Origin: a virus
DNA length: 64,000 nt
Virus record (IMG/VR): IMGVR_UViG_3300027902_000001
Coordinates: 9,496-73,495 of that record
Reading direction: 5' to 3' (one strand)
Part shown: positions 45,636 to 55,609 of the stretch, piece after piece
Layout of the letters: each line of letters begins with the position of its first letter
Numbering within the stretch: the stretch's first letter is position 1
Notes under the pieces: generated by a model
Database searches by the model: none
What the model was told of the DNA's origin: nothing
What the model saw: the letters and a program-made list of their open reading frames with translations, nothing else
Position numbers and translations under genes: made by a program

Positions 45636-48614
45636 ATGTCACAATTTTTTACAATCAAACCGCTCACAGCCGCTGAGTTTGAGGCGCCCGAAGCCAATGA
45701 TGGGCAAGTCCTGACAGCAGACGGTGCGGGTAAAGCAATCTGGGAGGATTCTACAGGTGGCGGCGCAGGCGTCACGGACGTGACCTATGCGGAACTGGTC
45801 GCGGCCATCGGCGCAGACGCACTGACTCCGGGGGGCTGGTATCGGATCACGGACTACGCCACTACACATTACATCGTAGACGGCGACGGCACCATCTACA
45901 CGTCGCCGGTCGCGCAGGTAGACACCGTCACATTGAGCGGAACCAGCGGCACGGCCACGATTGACGTAGTCGGCGGCTTGAGCAAACTGGCGACATTCGA
46001 CGGCGACCTGGAGACTACGGCGGCCAACTTTGTGACCGACTGGGCCGCCGCCTACCTGGCAAACCCGATTCGCGTTGTCGTTACGTCTTCCGGCCCTGAC
46101 ATCATCTTCACCGCCGAAGTTCCCGGCACAGCGTTTGATCGACCCACCATCGCGAACGTTTCCGGCGACTTGGGGCTGGCAGTCGCACAGGTTGACACGC
46201 TGACGTTGAGCGGCACGGACGGCAGCGCAGAAATCACCATTGACAGCGTGGTGCGCAGCATCACATTTACAGACGACCTGGCCACCACCGCAGAAGATTT
46301 CTTCACGGCGCACGCAACCGCCTACGCAGTGCTCGGCATCATTCTCGCCAACAGCGACGCCGACCTGATCTTTACTGCCGTCGCACCCGGCACGCCCTTT
46401 ACGTCGCCAACCATAACCAACCTCGACGGTTCCCTGGACGGCACAGTTGATCCCACCGAAACCAACCAGGTAGCCGCAATCAGCATGCACACCACCGCCA
46501 ACGATAACCCCGTCATCGTCGGTGAGACTGAGCCGCTGCTCGTACTGGCCACCGCCACCGATCAAATCGACGGGCAGGTATACTCCGTCTTGCACCCGGA
46601 AGACCAGATCAGATATGACTGGAACCCGGATAACTGGCTGTATGACCTTTCGTTCTGCGAGGACCAGGCTACCATCATCGCAGGTTGGAAGGGCGTCATC
46701 GTGTTCCGTTGGGACACCACCTTTGACAATTACGCCGGGTACGACTGGCGCAACGTCCTATTCCGCAGGTGGCAGACGGATGCAGAACCGTGGGACGCCG
46801 ACGCGGGGTATTCTGCAGGCAGCATCGTGAACTACGGAGGAGTCACTGGGGGCGTCTACCAGGCCATGTTTGACATCCCCGCGAGTGAAGCGCAGATCCA
46901 CACCGTAACACTCACCGGCACGGTCGGCTCCGCCACCATCGACACGGCCGGCGGCTTGTCGAAACTGCTCACGTTCGCGGATGACCTGGAGACGACAGCC
47001 GGCGACTTTGTGACGACCTGGCAGGACGATTACCTGCTGCAAGGCATCGTCGTCACAGCGAGCAGCGCCGATTTGATTTTCACGGCCCTGATTCCCGGCA
47101 CGGCCTTTGACGCGCCGACCGTCAACAATCTGACCGGCGACCTCTGCCTCGCCGTCGCGCAGGTGGAGACGTTGACGCTCACCGGCACGGACGGCACCGC
47201 GGACATTTCGGCAGCCGGAGGATTGACGCGAACAGCGACGTTCGCCAGCGACCTGGGAACCACGGCCGGCAACTTCGTCACGGCCAACGCGGCAGCCTAC
47301 CTGGTCGAACACATCGTGCTGACCAGCAGCGGCGCAGACTTGATTTTCACCGCCGAAGTTCCCGGCACAGCGTTCGTGCCGCCAGTCATCGAAAACGCAA
47401 CCCTGTCCCTGGACGGCACGGTAGACCCAACGACACCGAACAATCCCGCGCCGACAATCGCGCCGGCCCACGCCAACGTGCCGCCAAACAGCGACCCGGC
47501 AACGGACACCGCCAACTGGATCAAGTTGCTCGCTCTGTCCAGCATCCAGAATTGGAACGCCGAACCGTCATCCTGGTTGGGTGTGCCATCGGCAACGCAA
47601 GAATTTGCCGACTACATCACATTCAAGTATGACGATCCATTCAAAAATTACATTCGCGGCAACCATCTTGAGCCGATGCGCGACGACGCCAACTACTGGA
47701 ATGACATAGCCACGATCCTATCCAATAATGTACTACTCGGCGCGAACACGTACGCCAACGTGCTCGGCGCGGGCGCGAACTCCAACGTGCTCGGCGTGGG
47801 CGCGTACTTCAACGTGCTCGGCGCGGGCGCGACCTCCAACATGCTCGGCGCGGGCGCGAAATCCAACGTACTCGGCGCGAACACGTACGCCAACGTGCTC
47901 GGCGTGGGCGCGCAGTACAACGTGCTCGGCGCGGGCGCGCAGTACAACGTGCTCGGCGCGGGCGCGCAGTACAACGTGCTCGGCGCGAACACGTACGCCA
48001 ACGTGCTCGGCGTGGGCGCGCAGTACAACGTGCTCGGCGCGGGCGCGCAGTACAACGTGCTCGGCGCGAACACGTACGCCAACGTGCTCGGCGCGAACAC
48101 GTACGCCAACGTGCTCGGCGTGGGCGCGCAGTACAACGTGCTCGGCGCGGGCGCGCAGTACAACGTGCTCGGCGCGGGCGCGTACTTCAACGTGCTCGAC
48201 GTGGCCGCGTACGCCAACGTGCTCGGCGCGAGCGCGCAGTTCAACGTGCTCGGCGTGGGCGCGACCTCCAACATGCTCGGCGCGTACGCGACCTCCAACA
48301 TGCTCGGCGCGGGCGCGAACTTCAACGTGCTCGGCGCGAACGCGAACTACAATGTGCTCGGCGCGAACACGTACGCCAACATGCTCGGCGCGGGCGCGAA
48401 CTTCAACGTGCTCGGCGCGAACGCGAACTACAATGTGCTCGGCGCGGGCGCGCAGTACAACGATTTTGCTCCCGGTGTCATGGACCTCGACTGCACCCTG
48501 GGAACCCACGTCTACGCCGCCTACCAATGCTGGATTGCAGTCGACAACACGCTCGGCGCACGGCTGCGCTACTATGACAACGATACGGTAGTCTTTGCCG
48601 ACCCAACTGCCTGA
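45636..48614 (+). CDS. Large virion fibre/adhesin with four ~90-aa repeats, a CBM5/12-like motif and a 9-aa beta-helix array
   Basis: VTYAEL...YRITDY domain; four AQV(D/E)TLTL-type repeats; WDADAGYSAGSIVNYGG; about 27 NVLGxxxxx units. Confidence 0.7.
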   Translation: MSQFFTIKPLTAAEFEAPEANDGQVLTADGAGKAIWEDSTGGGAGVTDVTYAELVAAIGADALTPGGWYRITDYATTHYIVDGDGTIYTSPVAQVDTVTLSGTSGTATIDVVGGLSKLATFDGDLETTAANFVTDWAAAYLANPIRVVVTSSGPDIIFTAEVPGTAFDRPTIANVSGDLGLAVAQVDTLTLSGTDGSAEITIDSVVRSITFTDDLATTAEDFFTAHATAYAVLGIILANSDADLIFTAVAPGTPFTSPTITNLDGSLDGTVDPTETNQVAAISMHTTANDNPVIVGETEPLLVLATATDQIDGQVYSVLHPEDQIRYDWNPDNWLYDLSFCEDQATIIAGWKGVIVFRWDTTFDNYAGYDWRNVLFRRWQTDAEPWDADAGYSAGSIVNYGGVTGGVYQAMFDIPASEAQIHTVTLTGTVGSATIDTAGGLSKLLTFADDLETTAGDFVTTWQDDYLLQGIVVTASSADLIFTALIPGTAFDAPTVNNLTGDLCLAVAQVETLTLTGTDGTADISAAGGLTRTATFASDLGTTAGNFVTANAAAYLVEHIVLTSSGADLIFTAEVPGTAFVPPVIENATLSLDGTVDPTTPNNPAPTIAPAHANVPPNSDPATDTANWIKLLALSSIQNWNAEPSSWLGVPSATQEFADYITFKYDDPFKNYIRGNHLEPMRDDANYWNDIATILSNNVLLGANTYANVLGAGANSNVLGVGAYFNVLGAGATSNMLGAGAKSNVLGANTYANVLGVGAQYNVLGAGAQYNVLGAGAQYNVLGANTYANVLGVGAQYNVLGAGAQYNVLGANTYANVLGANTYANVLGVGAQYNVLGAGAQYNVLGAGAYFNVLDVAAYANVLGASAQFNVLGVGATSNMLGAYATSNMLGAGANFNVLGANANYNVLGANTYANMLGAGANFNVLGANANYNVLGAGAQYNDFAPGVMDLDCTLGTHVYAAYQCWIAVDNTLGARLRYYDNDTVVFADPTA
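47730..48458 (+). repeat. About 27 x 27-bp coding tandem repeat
   Basis: Units of approximate form AACRTGCTCGGCGYG-NNC-RCG-NNN-NNC. Confidence 0.95.
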
Positions 48615-48624
48615 AAGGACACCT

Positions 48625-49203
48625 ATGCATACTCCCGCGCAAATCGCCCTCCGCCGAACCGAACAGAGACAACGGCCGCCGCATCCCGAACCCGTCCAAC
48701 CGCCGCGGCCACCCGACCCGCCACGCCCGATCAACCCGCGCGTCAAGTTGCTCGTCCAGGAGTTGACCGCGTATCCTGAGACCTACCTCGACCTGACCGC
48801 GCCTGAGATTGCGGCGCTGCTGAACGCGGCCGGCAGCATGGAAAACCCCGCGCCGCAAGCCGACCTGCCGGCGCTGCAAAGCATCGTGCAGGCCATGACG
48901 GTGATCAACAGCAAGGAAGCCCTGGCCATCTACCAGGTCGGCAACGGAGAGTTGAAGCGTGACATCGAAGCGGTCATTGCCAGCCGCAACCCGGAGGCGA
49001 TGGCAGCAGTTTTTAGAATCATCGCGCCGATGCTATCGGAGGAAAGTCAGAAGTACCTGCTTGAGCTGCTCGCGCAGACCATCCCCGATCCGACCTGGAC
49101 ACCGACCGTGCCCACGCCCAGCCGCGCAAAGCAGATTGGCATCGGGCAAACCAACGCCGTCGAAGTGATCCAGGCGCAGGAGATCGTTGCAAAGGCGGCA
49201 TAA
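48625..49203 (+). CDS. Hypothetical structural-module protein
   Basis: RBS AAAGGA; Pro-rich N-terminus; EIAALLN and SRAKQIG motifs. Confidence 0.55.
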   Translation: MHTPAQIALRRTEQRQRPPHPEPVQPPRPPDPPRPINPRVKLLVQELTAYPETYLDLTAPEIAALLNAAGSMENPAPQADLPALQSIVQAMTVINSKEALAIYQVGNGELKRDIEAVIASRNPEAMAAVFRIIAPMLSEESQKYLLELLAQTIPDPTWTPTVPTPSRAKQIGIGQTNAVEVIQAQEIVAKAA

Positions 49204-49205
49204 GC

Positions 49206-51404
49206 ATGGCAAATGAACTACAGGCGCATGGCATCACAACTGGTAAAACGCTGTACGCTGTACGGATTACCTCAACCGGGCTTTACTGGAATGGTGCCAC
49301 ACACGTCGCGTACAACGCTGCCAACTGGACGACTTATGCCATTGCGCTGACCGAGATCGGGGCGGGCAGTTATATGGCGACGATGCCGACTGCCGCCGCG
49401 GGCGTCTATGCGTATCCAGTCTATGAGCAGGCAGGCGCTTCTCCCGCGGTGACAGATGCAAAAAGGGGCATAGGATCAATCGGCTGGAATGGTGCAATCG
49501 AGATTTTGCCTGTCAACATTCTTCAGGTCAGCGGCACAGCGCAGACGGCGCGCGACCTGGGGCTGGCGCTGCCGGCGGCCGCCCCAGGCGGGGCTGGTGG
49601 CCTGGCACTCACCGGAGCCGTGGGTGTGGCTGTGGCCTACGCGCCGAACGCAGCCATCACGAACACGGGCGGTGGTGCCGAGGTCAACACTTACACCGCA
49701 CTGGCCGCGCGGGATGGTGTCGAATACACGGTACGCGAGGTCAACTCCTCCCCGAATAACATCAACATCACAATCACGCGCACTGTCTCGACCATCACCG
49801 AAACGCCATCCGTGCTGCGTGTCGCCGGTTGGTACAACGCCTCCGGCTCGACCCACTGGATCACGGTGCTGGCCTGGGATTACTTACAGGCTGTGCCCGG
49901 CTTCGTCGCCATCGGCACGATGCTCCCGCGCGCATCCGCATTTGATTACGTCTTTCCCCTTGGTGTCGCCAATCACAACGCAGCCACCGGCGAGATGAAG
50001 ATACAGTTCCTGCACAACGCCGTGACGGGCAATACCTCGCACTATCTCCAACTGGATTACGTGTCGTTCGAGAAGATGGGCACCTCATCGGCTTTGTCTG
50101 GTGACGTGGCCGCAATTCGCGCCAAGACCGATCAATTGGGGTTCAATTCCGGGAACCTGAAGGCGGACATCCAGATGTGGCTGGCTGCTGCTCCGTTGGC
50201 GTTGTCCAGCCAGCAGGTGCAGGCGGTCGTGCCCGATACGCAGAAGGTGGACGTCAACACTATGAAGGCGAAAGGCGTCACCGTCGATACAGGCGGCACC
50301 ACCTTCCCCGCAACTGTAGGTAGTGGTACAAGTACTTTTGCAGGCGGCGCGGTGGCAAGCGTGACAGGAGACGTGGGCGGCAAGGTATTAGGTGGTGGTA
50401 TAAGTACGATTACTGGCATAGGCGCGTGGGTGGCAGGCGCAGCAGGCGCGGCGGTAGCCCTGGTTGGATCGGTCATGGGTAAGTCGCCAGCGACATTGGA
50501 CTGGACGGCGGATGTGTCCAGCAAGCCGACCATTGGTACCGGCATGGCAGGTGAAGCAGCGACGGCGGTCAGCGGCCTGGCGACGGCGACGAACGTCAGC
50601 GACGCCGTGACTGCGATCAAAAAATGGCTGCGGCTCATGTTTCGCAAGGACCCCAATATCAAGAGCGATTACGCAACCGAACTGGCCGACATCAACGCCA
50701 ATACCGGTGCGGGTGTTGGCACAGTGGACAATACCACCGATAGCCTGGAAGCGCGTGCCGATCTCGGCCTCAGCGCGCAAGCCAAGCTCGACGTAAATGC
50801 CGAGGCGGACAGCGCGCTGACAGATTACGGCGCAAACAAGGTGGCACCGCCGACTGCCGACGATGTGGCGGCTAAGATTCTGGTGACACCGGCCAATAAG
50901 CTTGCTACGGATGGTACGGGGCGCGTCACGCCCAGCATTGTCACCGCCGCGGCTCCCACGACCGCCGATATCAAGACGGCCTTGGAAGTGGACGGTGGGA
51001 TGCTGGATCACCTGCACGAGATGACCGAGGACGATGGAGGTGTGCGACGACTGACGGCGAATGCATTGGAGCAAGCCCCGACTGGTGGTGTAGCTCCCAC
51101 TGTGGGCCAAATCGACACGCAACTATCAACTACGCATGGGCCTGGCGTGTGGGGAGCCGGCGTCGGCGTCTTCAGCAAGGTCTACACGGCGACGGTCGAT
51201 GGTGTGGTTGCGGCGGGCGTGTATTGCCGCCTCTGTCTGGATACTGCCGGCACGATTCAGGTGGACGCCGGCCTCACGAACAGCCTGGGCCAAGTTACCT
51301 TCCATCACAACATTCCGGTCGGCACGACGGTCTACGTGTTCCCGTCCAAGGACGGCGTAGAGTTCAGCTTCGGCGGGTTGCCATATGATACTGAGGTGGT
51401 CTAA
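49206..51404 (+). CDS. Putative virion structural (fibre-like) protein
   Basis: 732 aa, Thr/Ala/Gly-rich mosaic of beta domains within the head module. Confidence 0.6.
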   Translation: MANELQAHGITTGKTLYAVRITSTGLYWNGATHVAYNAANWTTYAIALTEIGAGSYMATMPTAAAGVYAYPVYEQAGASPAVTDAKRGIGSIGWNGAIEILPVNILQVSGTAQTARDLGLALPAAAPGGAGGLALTGAVGVAVAYAPNAAITNTGGGAEVNTYTALAARDGVEYTVREVNSSPNNINITITRTVSTITETPSVLRVAGWYNASGSTHWITVLAWDYLQAVPGFVAIGTMLPRASAFDYVFPLGVANHNAATGEMKIQFLHNAVTGNTSHYLQLDYVSFEKMGTSSALSGDVAAIRAKTDQLGFNSGNLKADIQMWLAAAPLALSSQQVQAVVPDTQKVDVNTMKAKGVTVDTGGTTFPATVGSGTSTFAGGAVASVTGDVGGKVLGGGISTITGIGAWVAGAAGAAVALVGSVMGKSPATLDWTADVSSKPTIGTGMAGEAATAVSGLATATNVSDAVTAIKKWLRLMFRKDPNIKSDYATELADINANTGAGVGTVDNTTDSLEARADLGLSAQAKLDVNAEADSALTDYGANKVAPPTADDVAAKILVTPANKLATDGTGRVTPSIVTAAAPTTADIKTALEVDGGMLDHLHEMTEDDGGVRRLTANALEQAPTGGVAPTVGQIDTQLSTTHGPGVWGAGVGVFSKVYTATVDGVVAAGVYCRLCLDTAGTIQVDAGLTNSLGQVTFHHNIPVGTTVYVFPSKDGVEFSFGGLPYDTEVV

Positions 51405-52315
51405 TGACTGATTGGACCGGAGCCGGCACGACGATTACAGTTACGCCGAGTGTGGGTGCAGCGGCCTGTCTGGAATATCTGACGGTCGCCGACGTGCGCG
51501 CCGAGTACGGCGATGACGTGGTCGATCTCACCGACGCGCAGTTGCAGCGCCGCATTGATCGCCTGGTCGCCAGTCTGCAAGCCAAACTTGGACACACCTT
51601 CGGCCAGGCGTTGATCGCGCGCTCGACCGCCGCCGACACGGTACAAGTTACCGCTACGGCGCTGCTTATCGGCGGTACTTCCTTTGCCTTCGCCACCTAC
51701 CCGACCCTCTACGATCTGATTGCCGCGGTGAGTGCAGCCAGCGCGGTTTTCAGCCTGGAGTTACTGCCCAACGTGCGGGCCGGCACGCCCTCGACCCTCC
51801 TGGCCGCGCACGGAGCCGCGACGTGCGGGCCGGGCGCGGAGCGGCGCGTCGTGCTCTGCCTGGACGCCCTGTACTGCAAGCTCAGCGGCGCGCACGAGTC
51901 GCACCTGTTCCTGCCGTCGCCGGTGCAGGAAGTCATTACGGTAGTCGAGAACAACGTCGTATTGAGCGCAGCCGCTTACTGGTCAGTGCTCGGTGAAAGT
52001 TGGTTGATCCGCAAGTTGTGCGGCTGCACTGCCAGCGATGATTGTCCGCATCCGACCGGCGCGTGGCCCAATACCTACCCCGGCAACATCGCCGTGACCT
52101 ACGTGCCGTCCTGGTGGGGCCACGTGCCCGCCGATTTGCAGGGCGCGCTGTTGGATGCCTTTGGCGCGAAGTTGGGCGGCGGCGCAGCGGGTGGCCTGAT
52201 CGCCGAGGACTTCGGCGAGTACAGCTATCACAAGGGCGCGACACGCGCCGATACCTGGGATGAAATCCTGGGCGGGGCGACGGTGCGGCGCTACGCGACG
52301 AAGTTCCAACCATGA
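51404..52315 (+). CDS. Head-tail adaptor-like protein
   Basis: YLTVADVR...VPADLQGA...EDFGEYSY pattern. Confidence 0.65.
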   Translation: MTDWTGAGTTITVTPSVGAAACLEYLTVADVRAEYGDDVVDLTDAQLQRRIDRLVASLQAKLGHTFGQALIARSTAADTVQVTATALLIGGTSFAFATYPTLYDLIAAVSAASAVFSLELLPNVRAGTPSTLLAAHGAATCGPGAERRVVLCLDALYCKLSGAHESHLFLPSPVQEVITVVENNVVLSAAAYWSVLGESWLIRKLCGCTASDDCPHPTGAWPNTYPGNIAVTYVPSWWGHVPADLQGALLDAFGAKLGGGAAGGLIAEDFGEYSYHKGATRADTWDEILGGATVRRYATKFQP

Positions 52316-54942
52316 AGCCGACCAAGACGGTCTGCATGTTGCCGCGCTTCGCGGCGACCGACATCGGCGGCGTGGCGATGCACGAACGCCAGTTGTGCCA
52401 GCAGCTTGAAAAACATGGTTGGACCATTGTGCCGCGGCCCGATGGGCACGCGCTGGTGCACACACATGCCCTGACACGCGCGCCGCAGGTAGATGCCTTT
52501 ACCTGCCACGGCGTCTACCCGATTAAAGAGCAGATGCCGGCCTGGCAGCGGGACGCCAACCGCCAAATCTTCGACAATCTCAAACTGGCGCGGCGCGTGA
52601 TCGCCGTCTCGCAATGGACCGCCGATCAGTGGCGACATCTGAACGGCGTCACACCGACGATCATCCCGAATGGCATCGACCTGGCGCAATGGCAACACGT
52701 GCCGACTGGCGTCTGGCGCAGCAAGCTCAAACTGGACAAGCGCACGCCTATCGCGGTGTGGGGCAAGACCAGCGTCTCGGAAGTGCTGGACCCGACGCCC
52801 GCCGTCGAACTGGCGCTGCGTAATCCCAAGTTGGCGGTCGTCGCGCCGTTGCCGGCCAATGCACTGCCCTTTGCGCCCAAGAACTTCTACTGCATCGGCG
52901 CGCAGCCGTTCGCGGCCATGCAAGCCTTGCTGGCGGATTGTGACATCTACCTGGCGACGGTGTGCGAGAACCACGCCATTCAGGTCCTGGAGGCAATGGC
53001 GCTGGGCCGGGCAACGATCTTGGGTTACGCCTGGGGCGGCACGGCGGAGACGGTCACGGATGGCTGTGGTCTGCTGGTGCCACCCGGCGACATGGATGCC
53101 CTGCACGAAGCCCTGTGGCCGGCTTATGAGCAGCGCCAACTGTTCGGCGCGCAGGCCCAGGCGCGCGTAGCTGAGCATTACACCTGGGACAAACTGATCG
53201 ACCAGGTACTGGAGGTTTACGCTCAAGTGCAAGATGAACGCCAGGTCGAACTTGACACGCTGCACGCCATCAAGTGCTCGATCATCATTCCGGTCTACAA
53301 CAAAGCGCCGTGGGTCGCCGAGACCATCCAGAGTGCCTTGGCGCAGATCGGCGCGCCGCCCTATGAGATCATCGTCGTCAACGACGGCTCTAAGGACAAC
53401 AGCCTGGCGGTCGTCAAGCAAGCGGCGAGGCGCGATCCGCGCGTGCGCATCTTCGACCGCGCCAACGCGGGCGTCTCGGCGGCGCGCAACTTCGGCATCG
53501 AGCAGGCGCACGGCCAGTACATCTGCTGCCTGGACGCCGACGATCTGATCGACCCCTACTTCCTGGCGCGTCTGTCGCCCGCGTTGGACAGCGACCCCGG
53601 TCTGGGTATCGCCTACAGTGATTTCGTCTCCTTCGGCGTCAACGAGCAGGGCCAGGAGTGGGAAGCCTACATCCGTTGTGACGAATACGACTTCGACAAG
53701 CTCAGGCGCGACAATTTCCTGCCCTGTTGTAATCTGTTTCGTAAGGTCGCCTGGCAGCGCGCCGGGGGCTACAAGCCGATCAATCCGTCCTGGGAAGACT
53801 ACGAGTTGTGGCTCAACCTGGGCAAGCTGGGTTGGTACGGGCGGCGTATCCCGGAAGGTTTGTTCCGCTACCGCAAGATACCCAATGTGGGCCGCGATCA
53901 CGAGAGCCAGGGCAAAGTCTGGCGCTTGCGGGCGACCGTCAACGCCTATCATCGCGACCTGTACCCTCCGCTGGTATCGTTCATCGTGCCCTGCTTCAAG
54001 CACTCGCAGTTTCTGCGGGAGGCACTGGACAGCATTCAGGCGCAAACCTTCGTCGATCACGAGACGGTCGTCGTCGACGACGGCAACGACGCCGTAGAGG
54101 CAGCCGCGATCCAAGCTATCTGTGATGCCTATCCCGGCGTGCGTGTGGTCAAGCTGGCGCATAACAGCGGGCTGGCGACGGCGCGTAATGCGGGCTGCGA
54201 GGCGGCGCGCGGGCAATGGCTGGCCATATTGGATGCCGACGATAGGGTCGCGCCGACCTTCATCGAGGCCGCCCTGCGCACCATTGAGGCCCACCCCAAG
54301 CGTTTCGCCTACACTGATTCCTGGCTCTGGTGGCCCGACGATGCCAAGAAGCCCATGAAGGAACTCAAGGCGCATGATTACGACTTCAACGAACTGCTGG
54401 TGCGCATCACCTGGGCGTGCAGCATTCTGGTACATCGGGACGCCTGGCGCGCGGTGGGCGGCTACAAGCCGGAGATGAGCGCCGTGGGCGGCTGGGAGGA
54501 CTGGGAGTTTGTCATCTCCCTGGGCGAGATCGGCATCTGCGGCGTGCGGGTGCCGGAGTCGCTGTTCTACTACCGTCAGCATTCCGGTGAGCAGATGCGC
54601 TACAAGGCCGAGGCCAATAAGCCACGGCTACAAGAGGAACTGCGCCGCCTGCACGCGGCGACCTATCGAGGAGAGCGGACTGCCATGTGTTGTGGATCGG
54701 GTAATCGAGCACTTGAAATGCAAGCCAGGGACAGCGCGTTAGCTGCTACCCGCGGCGCGTCGCCTGGGCAGAATAGCACCCAACTGGTGCATTACGTGGG
54801 CGGCGGCGTCGGCACGGTATCCTGGCCGGTGCCGGGCGGCAAGACTTATCGTTTTGGCCTGGCCGAGCCGTACCAGCAAGTCGATACGCGCGACGTGCCG
54901 TACTTTGACGGTCGCCGCGAGTTTCAAGTTATCACTGGTTGA
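52312..54942 (+). CDS. Multi-domain glycosyltransferase (GT4-like plus two GT2)
   Basis: IPNGID and ENHAIQVLEAMALG (GT4); SIIIPVYN/VNDGSKD/LDADD and SFIVPCF/VDDG/LDADD (GT2). Confidence 0.9.
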   Translation: MKPTKTVCMLPRFAATDIGGVAMHERQLCQQLEKHGWTIVPRPDGHALVHTHALTRAPQVDAFTCHGVYPIKEQMPAWQRDANRQIFDNLKLARRVIAVSQWTADQWRHLNGVTPTIIPNGIDLAQWQHVPTGVWRSKLKLDKRTPIAVWGKTSVSEVLDPTPAVELALRNPKLAVVAPLPANALPFAPKNFYCIGAQPFAAMQALLADCDIYLATVCENHAIQVLEAMALGRATILGYAWGGTAETVTDGCGLLVPPGDMDALHEALWPAYEQRQLFGAQAQARVAEHYTWDKLIDQVLEVYAQVQDERQVELDTLHAIKCSIIIPVYNKAPWVAETIQSALAQIGAPPYEIIVVNDGSKDNSLAVVKQAARRDPRVRIFDRANAGVSAARNFGIEQAHGQYICCLDADDLIDPYFLARLSPALDSDPGLGIAYSDFVSFGVNEQGQEWEAYIRCDEYDFDKLRRDNFLPCCNLFRKVAWQRAGGYKPINPSWEDYELWLNLGKLGWYGRRIPEGLFRYRKIPNVGRDHESQGKVWRLRATVNAYHRDLYPPLVSFIVPCFKHSQFLREALDSIQAQTFVDHETVVVDDGNDAVEAAAIQAICDAYPGVRVVKLAHNSGLATARNAGCEAARGQWLAILDADDRVAPTFIEAALRTIEAHPKRFAYTDSWLWWPDDAKKPMKELKAHDYDFNELLVRITWACSILVHRDAWRAVGGYKPEMSAVGGWEDWEFVISLGEIGICGVRVPESLFYYRQHSGEQMRYKAEANKPRLQEELRRLHAATYRGERTAMCCGSGNRALEMQARDSALAATRGASPGQNSTQLVHYVGGGVGTVSWPVPGGKTYRFGLAEPYQQVDTRDVPYFDGRREFQVITG

Positions 54943-54949
54943 GGGCGCG

Positions 54950-55609
54950 ATGCACACCTTGATCATTGCGCCCCACGCCGATGATGAAGTCCTGGGTTGC
55001 GGCGGTTACATGGCCCGCTGCCAGATGCGCGGCGATTGCGTTTGGTTGACCGTCGTCGCCCTGGGCGGCGAGCGCGCGCCCGGTCAGGCGGAAGATTTCA
55101 CCGTGCGCCAGCGCGAATTGGCGCAGGCCAGCCAACTGCTCGGTGTCGAGCGCGTCGATGTGCTTTTTCCGGGCTACAACATGCGGTTAGACACACTGCC
55201 CACGGTTGAACTGGTGAGTAAGTTGGATGCCATCCTGGCGCTGGCGAATTTCGATGCCGTCTATCTGCCCTACGCGGCAGTCAACCATGATCACATGACG
55301 GTTTACCGCGCCGCGCTGGCGGCCTTGCGACCGGCGACTGGCAGGCCGCAGCCACGTCTGGTCGCCGCCTACGAGTATGCGCAGATCGGCTGGCAGTTCG
55401 ATGTCGTGCCGGGCGGGCAGTATTTGATCGACATCACGCCCTGGTTGGAGCGCAAGCTGGCCGCGCTGGCGTGCTACACCAGCCAGGTGCGGCCTTATCC
55501 GCACCCTTGCTCGTCGGAGGCGATACGCACGCTGGCGCAATTCAGGGGCCTGGCAATGGGCACGCGTTACGCCGAGATGTTCTATGCTTTGAGGATGGTA
55601 TCACCGTGA
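54950..55609 (+). CDS. PIG-L/LmbE family N-deacetylase
   Basis: APHADDEVLGCGG, NHDH, YTSQ. Confidence 0.9.
   Translation: MHTLIIAPHADDEVLGCGGYMARCQMRGDCVWLTVVALGGERAPGQAEDFTVRQRELAQASQLLGVERVDVLFPGYNMRLDTLPTVELVSKLDAILALANFDAVYLPYAAVNHDHMTVYRAALAALRPATGRPQPRLVAAYEYAQIGWQFDVVPGGQYLIDITPWLERKLAALACYTSQVRPYPHPCSSEAIRTLAQFRGLAMGTRYAEMFYALRMVSP

Noticed and set aside
47730-48458. CRISPR array
   Set aside because: Contiguous in-frame 27-bp coding units with no unique spacers, and no cas genes
52291-54582. Long antisense ORFs (also 29973-31433, 42464-43792 and 43569-45173)
   Set aside because: Typical high-GC shadows of well-supported genes on the opposite strand
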